From NCBI GenBank assembly GCA_046712405.1, contig JBKEFB010000001.1, forward strand, positions 12,584 through 76,583: a DNA stretch of 64,000 nt, given 5' to 3'. Positions 29,101 to 36,333 of this stretch are shown here, one piece after another (within the stretch, counting starts at the first letter, position 1; each line of letters opens with the position of its first letter). Source of the stretch: Zhongshania sp. (GTDB taxonomy: Bacteria > Pseudomonadota > Gammaproteobacteria > Pseudomonadales > Spongiibacteraceae). Under the pieces are notes generated by a model. It was not told where the DNA came from and did not search any database. It was given only the letters and a program-made list of their open reading frames with translations. The position numbers and the translations under genes are program-made.

Positions 29101-29889
29101 TTCGGGAAACAGATTTACAATATTGCGACCACCGCGCTCAAAGACGCGGAATACATCGCCGGGTTTGACGGTTTCCCACGCTGGCAGGGGGAATATTTGG
29201 TCAAGAATACCCATCTCGGCCATCTCTGGAGTGGGTTTTATGGCGGCCTTTATCGATGCCGGTTTGCCGTCACGGGTGTAGGCTTCACCGAGAATAGAGC
29301 GTTTGTAGGGCAGTATGCCGTTATTGTAAGCCGCCGCTGCCCAGAACATGGCGCCGGTGCCGTGTAGGCTGCGGGTAGAGGCTTCAATAATCTTTTGATG
29401 GCAGGCGCCACAGGCTTCGCTCGCCACGCGAAAGTCACCGGGATTAACAAACCGAATATATTCCGGAGCCTCTTTGTTAAGCAAGGTATAGGTGCGCTCT
29501 GGGTTGGCGGAGTTGGGCCAGTGCCAGCTGTCGGGAAAGCGTGGTAAGACATGGGCTTTTTCCAGTAATGGCAGCATTAGCACCGGGTCGAGAGGAGCAT
29601 CTTTTGCAAAGTTAATCGTGGCGTCGCCGCCATGGCAGTCCACGCACCCTAAATTAATGGCCGGGTTGCTGTGCATATTATGGCTGTCACTTTGGCGGTG
29701 ACAGCTGACGCAACCGGCACTTTTTTGCTCGACATCTGTGAGTGTTTGAAATGCAGGTGCGGGCGGTGCGGTGTGATAGACCCGTGCAACTTCAGTCTCA
29801 CCACCCGAGGCCATTGCCTGCTGATAAAATGCCAAACAGCATAAAGCCAGTAGTGTAATGAACGATGTTTTAGTAGGTGAAGATTGCAT
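26131..29889 (-). CDS. Large decaheme cytochrome c with C-terminal LVIVD-like repeats
   Basis: Signal peptide from ATG 29889; 10 CxxCH motifs; repeats YLFIADG..GFRVLDV, YAYVTD...GLIVVDV, YAYVAAG..GLAIINI. Confidence 0.88.
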   Translation of the reverse strand: MQSSPTKTSFITLLALCCLAFYQQAMASGGETEVARVYHTAPPAPAFQTLTDVEQKSAGCVSCHRQSDSHNMHSNPAINLGCVDCHGGDATINFAKDAPLDPVLMLPLLEKAHVLPRFPDSWHWPNSANPERTYTLLNKEAPEYIRFVNPGDFRVASEACGACHQKIIEASTRSLHGTGAMFWAAAAYNNGILPYKRSILGEAYTRDGKPASIKAAIKPTPEMAEMGILDQIFPLPAWETVKPGDVFRVFERGGRNIVNLFPETGIPNALGQLQRLEEPGRPDFKQSNRGPGTGGRISVPLINMTKTRLNDPLFWFMGTNDQPGDYRSSGCTGCHVVYANDREPLHSGPYAAFGNTGKSQTIDPTIDKTASGHPIEHRFTRAIPTSQCMVCHMHQPNMFVNSFLGYTMWDYESDAPHMWPKEQQYPDAATKRKILDRNPEGAAPKGKWADVDFLKDVSKLNPELEDTQFADYHGHGWNFRAVFKRDRDGNLLDGDNNIVSDEDPEKFDKAVHMRSIHAEVGMHCVDCHFNQDNHGNGHMYGEVAAAVEISCVDCHGTAAKYPNLLPSGPASNASTTDLSLLRNSDGRRRFEWVNGKLMQRSMLNPELEWTLSLVKDSINPQHASYNPKAARAKLMSKDPSSQHWGSDVAPDTAAHNFEEMECYACHTSWTTSCGGCHLPIQANEKSERHHFEGGESRNFATYNPQVARDQIFMLGKRAPYKGGKYAPVRSSSALVLSSTNANRERIYVQQAPISASGFSSQAFNPHFPHTVRKTETKTCSDCHLSAEKDNNAIIAQTLTLGTKFIDFIGRNVWLGEEHNIEAIAVTEWDEPQAVIGSYLHRYAYPDFFAAHQAQKQQLQTSHEHSAARSQCLQLRGEYLFIADGKAGFRVLDVASVENKGISQRLITAPYSALGHDAKVATENASCVALPSIQPIAPERNQGDLMRVDNKEQAFHPLYNYAYVTDTEEGLIVVDVNTFADGEPRNNFINAALRWHADGALKGARHITIGGHYLYIIADAGLLVIDINSPLEPKLLHTIALNDGRASALQFRYLFVTDADGIKLVDVTLPEKAHLLPEFTLPLADAQKISLARGYAYVAAGQQGLAIINIERPEKMRLLQSYNAEGHLQDSRDVVIGTTNASLFAYVADAKTGLNVIQLSSPELQPKFYGFNPKPNPLWIASKQTASPALSLSRGLARDRAVDESGGQIAVFGRRGARPMNLKEMHKLYLDKDGEPWFVEDTPSKPGSGAKHE

Positions 29890-31696
29890 TAAAAAGCACC
29901 GATTGTTGAGAGTGGTCTGAATATAGTTGTTGATAAGCTTCGCCGGGTAATAGCACTGCATAGGAAAGTCGCAGCACAATGTTTTGAGTCATAAAGGGAC
30001 GATAAATAGTCGCGATAGATAAATCTTGGCCGATCTCTTTTGAGATGCCTGCCTGCTGGCGAGCGACCTCGACACTGCTGGTGTTGTCGAACCAAAGTTG
30101 ATTGGCATTGAGGCTGATACGCAGCTCAGGTAGTACGTCAAAATCGGCGCCAATGCCAAGTAGCACGGTGCCAGGATTGGTGAAATTGGATTGGCCATGT
30201 TCTTTAGATGAGCGCAAATTATTTAAGACGCCATTGCGACTCGACAGCGCCACTTTGCCACCGCCAATGAGCGGCACCGCCTGGCGTATCCAATAGCTGG
30301 TGTCGGCACCGGCAAATAATGGATTTTCGACAATGGCATCGAAGCCGGTTTCTATATCGTCGTAGGGATCATCGTCACCGCTAGCGTATAAAAACGAAGC
30401 GCGCCAGCGTATCCAGTCTTGGTCGAAGGACAGCTCCGCCGCGGCGAAGTAGGCTGAAATGTCGGTCTCGGCATCGCTGAGTGGCGCATTCTCTTGCTTG
30501 CCAAGGGCGTAGTAAAAGGCGCTGGTGATATTGAGGCGGCCAAGGTGGCCATCGCTATTCATACCAAAATAGACGACATCGTACTGTCTTGGACGCTCTG
30601 CCCCTATCGATGCGGGGCGCTGGATGACGCCATTCTTGTCAAAGAAAAAATCCTTTTCTCGGTTGCGGTTATACAAGACTATAAATTGGCTAGTGTGGCC
30701 AAGGACGAATAGGTCTTGCCAATAAAGATTGGCGACAAAAATATCATCGTTACGCGGCGTTTCTCCAATATTGTTTAAACCGCTGTTGGTATCTTTTTCT
30801 AAACGCCGAAACCACGCCAGATTGTATTGAATAATATTATTATTGCGTGTGCCGAAAAGTCGCAGTCCTAATTGATTTTCTTGAAATAGAAAACCACGGA
30901 AATCAGCGTTAAAGGGTTGAATGCCAAAGCGAATACTATCGAAGTCGTAATTGTCAGAGACATTGCGTAAATGCACATCGATAAATGCAGCTTGTACGCC
31001 GGCAAAATCTTGGTAGCGAGTACGCCCTTCAGCAGGATTAACATCCACGCCCAGAATTTCTTCTAATTTGGTGGCGTTGTAATTAAATACTGGCGTAAAT
31101 CGAAATTCGTAATCCGGCGGGCGAAACACGGTGTCGCCCTTGTAATACACTAATTCAACGGCTAGATTTTCGATGAATTGCGATTGTTTGCTGCCGCCGT
31201 ATAAGTCTAAGTCTCCGGCGTTGGCGCTGGATTGCAGACCGACGGGGGTGGCGACGTCGCGATATTCAAAAACAGTATCGGCAATGATACTTAAATTGAA
31301 AAACCAATCATCGTGAATTGGCGTGTCCGCTTTTAAGGTGTTGCGATTATAGGGATCGTACCAGTTGTTCTCATAGCCTAGCGATTCAACGATGCGCCAG
31401 CGATCGGGAATGGCTATCGCGGGGCTGTAATCCTTAAGGCTGGGAACCGGAATGCGGGGCTTGCGGACTTCTTTAGCTACGCACTTAATGAGCATGCCAG
31501 GGACCCGAGGCTTGGGGATACTGCCATCGCTAGGGCAATCAACAGCGCTCAGGTTTCTTTCGTTGTCAGTTTGCGCCAATAGCGGAGCGCTGGCCGCAAG
31601 CCAAAGTAAGGCACTTAGGCATGATGACAGCTGCCAGTGTGAAACGCGCTGTGCGCGCGCTTGTTTATTTTCCAGCGCAAACATTTTGTTCATCAC
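29870..31696 (-). CDS. Putative outer-membrane beta-barrel (porin-like) protein
   Basis: Signal peptide, alternating aromatic amphipathic strands, C-terminal VLFNAIFTY; start codon uncertain. Confidence 0.7.
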   Translation of the reverse strand: MMNKMFALENKQARAQRVSHWQLSSCLSALLWLAASAPLLAQTDNERNLSAVDCPSDGSIPKPRVPGMLIKCVAKEVRKPRIPVPSLKDYSPAIAIPDRWRIVESLGYENNWYDPYNRNTLKADTPIHDDWFFNLSIIADTVFEYRDVATPVGLQSSANAGDLDLYGGSKQSQFIENLAVELVYYKGDTVFRPPDYEFRFTPVFNYNATKLEEILGVDVNPAEGRTRYQDFAGVQAAFIDVHLRNVSDNYDFDSIRFGIQPFNADFRGFLFQENQLGLRLFGTRNNNIIQYNLAWFRRLEKDTNSGLNNIGETPRNDDIFVANLYWQDLFVLGHTSQFIVLYNRNREKDFFFDKNGVIQRPASIGAERPRQYDVVYFGMNSDGHLGRLNITSAFYYALGKQENAPLSDAETDISAYFAAAELSFDQDWIRWRASFLYASGDDDPYDDIETGFDAIVENPLFAGADTSYWIRQAVPLIGGGKVALSSRNGVLNNLRSSKEHGQSNFTNPGTVLLGIGADFDVLPELRISLNANQLWFDNTSSVEVARQQAGISKEIGQDLSIATIYRPFMTQNIVLRLSYAVLLPGEAYQQLYSDHSQQSVLFNAIFTY

Positions 31697-33659
31697 TATT
31701 GTTAAAAGGACTTTGCGGGCAGTTGATATAGCGCAAGCGCTGGCCGCCTGGGCTTAGTTGATCGGCCCTTATTGCTATTGGCGCATTGTTTACTGTGCCT
31801 AGAATTTCACCTGCCTGATGTAAACCTAAAAAGGCTATCATATCGTCTTGATCGACACCGTCTCCTGAAACACCAACACCACCGATTAATTGATTGCCAC
31901 GATAGATTGGCACACTGCCGGGGAATATTTGGATGCCGTTGGCGAGGCGCGGCGCTGCCAAACTGGTGGTGCCAGCAAACGCCAAACCCACGCAGTTCTT
32001 GCCAACATCTTGCGCGCCGCCCATCAAATAGAGGAGGTGGCTAACGATGCCGTTAAAACTTAAATCGAGCTGTAAACCTGTTGAAAATGGGCTCCACTCA
32101 CCGGCGGGTTTGCTAAAGGGGCCGGGGCCATTGGCGTCGATACCATCTGGATAGTGGGGCCGAGATAAATTGCCACCCGAGCGGTCGGCGAAGGCAATGC
32201 CATTGCTTAGGGCTGTACTGTCGCCAGTCAGAGCAATAATATTTTGCACATAATCGTCTAGCACAATGGTATTCGCGGCTGTAAGTGCTGGCGTTAAATA
32301 CTGGGTGTTGGGTAACGCAGAAATAAAACTAGCGGCATCGTTAGACGAGAAAAACGTCGCGGTGCGGGCTTTTTGTAGAGATACATCGGCGCCAAAAACT
32401 GGCGCGTCGCGGCTTCGTGCTATACCTAGTACTGTTCCGTCGGTGTCGACGACACTAATGGTAACGCGAGCGGCTGAGCCAAGTGGTTGACGAATTTGTG
32501 CTCTAGCGCGATTGGCGATGGCCAGGGCTTGGCTTATAATTTCTTGCACCTCCGCAGCGCTAAGCTGAGAACCGGCAATGGGTGGAAAGCGCTCGGCGTT
32601 ATTTTCATCAACAAACACAAAGGCGTCGCGGCTAGGGAAACGCAGATTGTTATCTGAGCGAATGCCTGAGCCCGCCTGTCCAAAAGCTTGGCCTGCACGG
32701 TAGCCGTCGGCGGCATCGTAGTAGTCTTTTACGCTGACAAAATCACCATCAGTGTTAAGGACTAGGCTGGGCGCATTTTGCACGCTGGGGTCAGTGGCAT
32801 TGAAGTCCACATCGGCAAAACGTAGGGTTTTGCCATCTACCGTAATGCGGTTTGCCTGCCGATCGGCCGGTACAGCAAAACCAAAACTTCCGGCTAGGGC
32901 GATGACTTCGTCGCTATCAAAATCCACATTGCTAATATTGCGGTCGATACCGTAAATAAAATCGTCTGAGATAACTCCGATGCCGCCGACTGGGGTGCCA
33001 AATTTATACAGTGGAATGCCGCCGGGATCGGCGGAAAGCCCGAGCGGTGAACGCTTAGGGCCAACCAGTATTGCGGGGTTGCTGGCATCTAATACAAAAT
33101 CAGAACAGGCTAGCTGGCTGAACTGCACACCAAATAGCGGTCCGCTGGGTTGATTGAATTCGCCGGGATTAAAATGCTCCTGCACAATCTGGCTGGCGAC
33201 ACGGGTACTAAAGCCGTTGCCTTCGCTGGATAAGTAGGCCGCAGTGATGGCCTTCGCCATTGCCGCCAGAGCGTCACCACCTGCAGTGGCAGAAATAGGT
33301 ATTTCGAGGCGTTCTAGACCGCCACTGATGATGGTGTCTGAGTTGGATATTAACGTCAGCTTGCGATCGCCATTGGCCAGGACCTCAGCCATGCGAAACA
33401 CAGTGAGTATATTGCCGCTGCGATCGCTTACCGCGATGGTAGCGGGAGCGTTGAGCGCTCGCGCTTGCGCAACGGCTTGGCGAACGATTATTTCTACATC
33501 ACTGCTGCTTAAAAAACTGCTGGCACTGGCGCAACTACCATCGCATTGGGTGTTGGCATTGCTGCCTTGGGCAGCAACTTGCTGATGGCGATCGCCCTTG
33601 CACGCGACTAAGGCGAGGACCGCGAGTAGGACAAGAATGCGGGGGCTGCGCACCATCAT
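31665..33659 (-). CDS. Lipoprotein with two GlcG/HbpS-like heme-binding domains
   Basis: Lipobox LVAC; two repeats (ATIAVSDRSG..KAITA..GGIPL..GGIGV; VTISVVDTDG..KARTA..GSVPI..GGVGVSGDGVDQD). Confidence 0.8.
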   Translation of the reverse strand: MMVRSPRILVLLAVLALVACKGDRHQQVAAQGSNANTQCDGSCASASSFLSSSDVEIIVRQAVAQARALNAPATIAVSDRSGNILTVFRMAEVLANGDRKLTLISNSDTIISGGLERLEIPISATAGGDALAAMAKAITAAYLSSEGNGFSTRVASQIVQEHFNPGEFNQPSGPLFGVQFSQLACSDFVLDASNPAILVGPKRSPLGLSADPGGIPLYKFGTPVGGIGVISDDFIYGIDRNISNVDFDSDEVIALAGSFGFAVPADRQANRITVDGKTLRFADVDFNATDPSVQNAPSLVLNTDGDFVSVKDYYDAADGYRAGQAFGQAGSGIRSDNNLRFPSRDAFVFVDENNAERFPPIAGSQLSAAEVQEIISQALAIANRARAQIRQPLGSAARVTISVVDTDGTVLGIARSRDAPVFGADVSLQKARTATFFSSNDAASFISALPNTQYLTPALTAANTIVLDDYVQNIIALTGDSTALSNGIAFADRSGGNLSRPHYPDGIDANGPGPFSKPAGEWSPFSTGLQLDLSFNGIVSHLLYLMGGAQDVGKNCVGLAFAGTTSLAAPRLANGIQIFPGSVPIYRGNQLIGGVGVSGDGVDQDDMIAFLGLHQAGEILGTVNNAPIAIRADQLSPGGQRLRYINCPQSPFNNSDEQNVCAGK

Positions 33660-35377
33660 TTTTCTGCCCTCAGTTCGGGCGCTGACATAGTTGGAAACGC
33701 CGAATTATGGAAACCATGGCAATCAATACATTGTAGTTCGATGGTGTTTTTCGCGCTTGCATCATGGCAATCCATGCACACACCAATTTCTGGCATTAAT
33801 ACGTCGCTACTCAGTTTTGACGACGATGCTTGGTGACAGCTAGTGCAGCCTTCTTTGCCCATATTATCGGCTGTCATAATGTGATGAGCGGCATGGCTAA
33901 AGCGGGCAGCGGGGAACCAGTCGGTGTTTAATTTCACTTTTTTAAGCTGCCATTGCTCGTCGCTGTTGGCGGCGAGGTCTCGATATACCTCGTGGCAATC
34001 TACACAGCCGCCTTTGCTAAACAGTCTATCCATTTCTTCCTCGGCCCACGCGCCGCCGCATTCTAGGGGGTCTTGCTTCTGGCAGCGTGCGCTGTTGTCG
34101 CGCCCAGGAACCCGACGTATTGATTCTTGTGGTAAAGCGTAGCGCTGTTGGGCTGCTTGGCTAATATAAAACTCTTGTAAAAAGGTGCGGACGACCTCGG
34201 GTGCTGCATGGGGTAAATTACGCTGTGGATTGACATCATCGAAATCTAGGCTGTGGCAACTGGCGCAACTATTTTCCATGGTAATAGCTATAAAGTGTTC
34301 GCCGTCCGCTGCGGGTGCGTGACAATCACCGCATATTAACGCTGATTTGTGCTCGCTTCCGAGTATCTCTTTACCTACTTTGTCACTGTTTAAATGTAGG
34401 TCATGGGGGAATTTAAGATTAGATTCTTCTTTTATGTGCTGTAACGATACGGCTTTCTTGAATGTCCATATCCCTGCGTCAGCCTGTAACAAAGTGGGAT
34501 AAAATTCTGGATGTTTCTCGACAGTAAAGAGAGTGCTTGCGGACATCTCGCTAATCGTTTTGCCGCTAAAATCTATTTTGTTCATGGGTGATTTGTGACA
34601 ATCGATACAGTGATTATTATCTTGGACAATAAGCATCTCGGGTTCGTTATGCTCTTTGTGGCAGGTTTGACAGTTATTGGTGTCATCGCCAAAAGGGTGA
34701 TTGCCAGGGAAGTGACTATGGCTATCGCTGTGGCAGCTAAGACAAGTGGCGCTATCAACCTTTTGAAAGCCTTTGGTGTGACAGCTATTGCAGTTTTCTA
34801 CCAACCCGGATAAATGATGAGGACTTGATAGAGGACCAGAGGACCAGATTTGGTCTGTAGGCGCGCCCAAGCTCTGTAAGGTTTTCGCGGTATCTGGTTG
34901 CAAGTAATTCAATAATGGAAAAATTAAGGTAAGAAGTAATATTACTAGACTAAGTATATAACTCCATAGACGACTACTCGGCAGTTTAAAACGGAGCTCA
35001 TGTTGGTAGCGGTTCTGTATTGAGGCTTGACTATCCGCGTCAATGCATACTTCTATAGCTGCATCGAAGCCGGGTAGGGTAGGGCTTAGAGTAATTTTGT
35101 GGGAAGCAATCTCAAACCAGTCACCTAATTCAAGGCTAATATTTTTATGCTTGTTGCCGCCAAAACTTACCTCAGCATTGGCGCGGCAGACTATGTTTAG
35201 ACGGCCGTTATCGGCAATACTTAATTCGCAGTGGTTGGTGGCAATATTGTTGCCAAATAATTGAATGTCACAGTAGTTGCCACTACCGACGCGAACACGA
35301 TTTGTCGCTAGCTCACTGTCACTTTGATCAATGACCTTACCATTTTTAAGCCGTGTCTTTCGTATGAGAATAAGCAT
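33656..35377 (-). CDS. Membrane-anchored decaheme cytochrome c with N-terminal FHA-like domain
   Basis: FHA-like N-terminus, one TM helix (WSYILSLVILLLTLIFPLL), 10 CxxCH motifs. Confidence 0.88.
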   Translation of the reverse strand: MLILIRKTRLKNGKVIDQSDSELATNRVRVGSGNYCDIQLFGNNIATNHCELSIADNGRLNIVCRANAEVSFGGNKHKNISLELGDWFEIASHKITLSPTLPGFDAAIEVCIDADSQASIQNRYQHELRFKLPSSRLWSYILSLVILLLTLIFPLLNYLQPDTAKTLQSLGAPTDQIWSSGPLSSPHHLSGLVENCNSCHTKGFQKVDSATCLSCHSDSHSHFPGNHPFGDDTNNCQTCHKEHNEPEMLIVQDNNHCIDCHKSPMNKIDFSGKTISEMSASTLFTVEKHPEFYPTLLQADAGIWTFKKAVSLQHIKEESNLKFPHDLHLNSDKVGKEILGSEHKSALICGDCHAPAADGEHFIAITMENSCASCHSLDFDDVNPQRNLPHAAPEVVRTFLQEFYISQAAQQRYALPQESIRRVPGRDNSARCQKQDPLECGGAWAEEEMDRLFSKGGCVDCHEVYRDLAANSDEQWQLKKVKLNTDWFPAARFSHAAHHIMTADNMGKEGCTSCHQASSSKLSSDVLMPEIGVCMDCHDASAKNTIELQCIDCHGFHNSAFPTMSAPELRAEK

Positions 35378-35381
35378 GGCT

Positions 35382-36272
35382 TTACCAGTAAAAAAAGACG
35401 GTGAAAATATGGATAAATAAAGACACTAATAAGGTGATACTTAAGGGGATGTGTACACTTAACCAAAGTTTGGTTCGCAGTTGGAGGCTGAGTTCGCGGC
35501 GCAGGCGACGAAGTATTTCTTGTCGGCGGCCGAGAATATAAAGCAGCTTTTGCAAGCGCTCGGCCTCTCCAGGTTTCTGCGTGTTGGGGATCTTCATCAC
35601 CAAGAAATTAATTGCGGCCTGCTGTCCCTTATTACTCTGCATTTTAGAGTGACCGAGCGAGTTGTCGGTCACTTGCATGGCAACGCTAGACTTGTCTCGC
35701 CCCATAAACTGCGTTACTAAATTACCACCGATGGCGGTGCGGTCAATTGCACTGGAAATGATCTCTTGAATATCGGCGTCGCAACTCTCGGCGAGTAGTA
35801 GCGCGTCCTTGTCTATTTTGGCTAAAGATTCGAGGCGCTGTTCAAAGGCTTGGTTGGCACGATTTTCCACTAAAAGACGAGGGTAGCGCAGATAGGCATA
35901 GAGGCCGATCAAGCCGCTAACGACGACTGCGCACATAAGCGTATAGGCAAGTGTGTGTACATTTAAACCAAATTGAAATGCGCAGTGTAATGTTGCGACA
36001 CCAACTAAACTGATACCCAAATAGATATGTGCTGAAACCCAAGATTGGAGATTGGCATTTTTACTATTGTAGCTTCGTTTACGTATGCCCAGACAAGAAA
36101 GCCATATGATAAGCAGCGTACCAATACCGCCTAGTATATAGCCCTGCCAGCTGCCGCCATTTGGCGGCAGCGTTTGGGCTTGGCTCAAATACAGACTGCT
36201 ACTAGCCAATAGCAAAATCGCTGCCCACCAAAAATAGCGTCGCCCAGCATAGTTAAGAATATTCACGTACAT
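35382..36272 (-). CDS. Membrane protein, putative di-heme cytochrome b (ferric-reductase-like TM domain)
   Basis: TM helices with two His pairs 14 residues apart (HIYLGISLVGVATLH; HIPLSITLLVSLFIH). Confidence 0.72.
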   Translation of the reverse strand: MYVNILNYAGRRYFWWAAILLLASSSLYLSQAQTLPPNGGSWQGYILGGIGTLLIIWLSCLGIRKRSYNSKNANLQSWVSAHIYLGISLVGVATLHCAFQFGLNVHTLAYTLMCAVVVSGLIGLYAYLRYPRLLVENRANQAFEQRLESLAKIDKDALLLAESCDADIQEIISSAIDRTAIGGNLVTQFMGRDKSSVAMQVTDNSLGHSKMQSNKGQQAAINFLVMKIPNTQKPGEAERLQKLLYILGRRQEILRRLRRELSLQLRTKLWLSVHIPLSITLLVSLFIHIFTVFFYW

Positions 36273-36333
36273 TTATTTTTCTCATGAAGTATTACTTTTG
36301 GGAATACTCTTTAGTAGGTTTTCAGCTCGCGCA

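Noticed and set aside
29890-29979. Upstream extension (MCCDFP...) of the decaheme-LVIVD ORF
   Set aside because: Lies inside the barrel gene; the signal peptide begins at ATG 29889.
26131-35377. Calling the cluster MtrCAB/MtoAB
   Set aside because: Cytochrome sizes, heme spacing, FHA and LVIVD fusions and partner genes do not fit MtrA/MtrC architecture.
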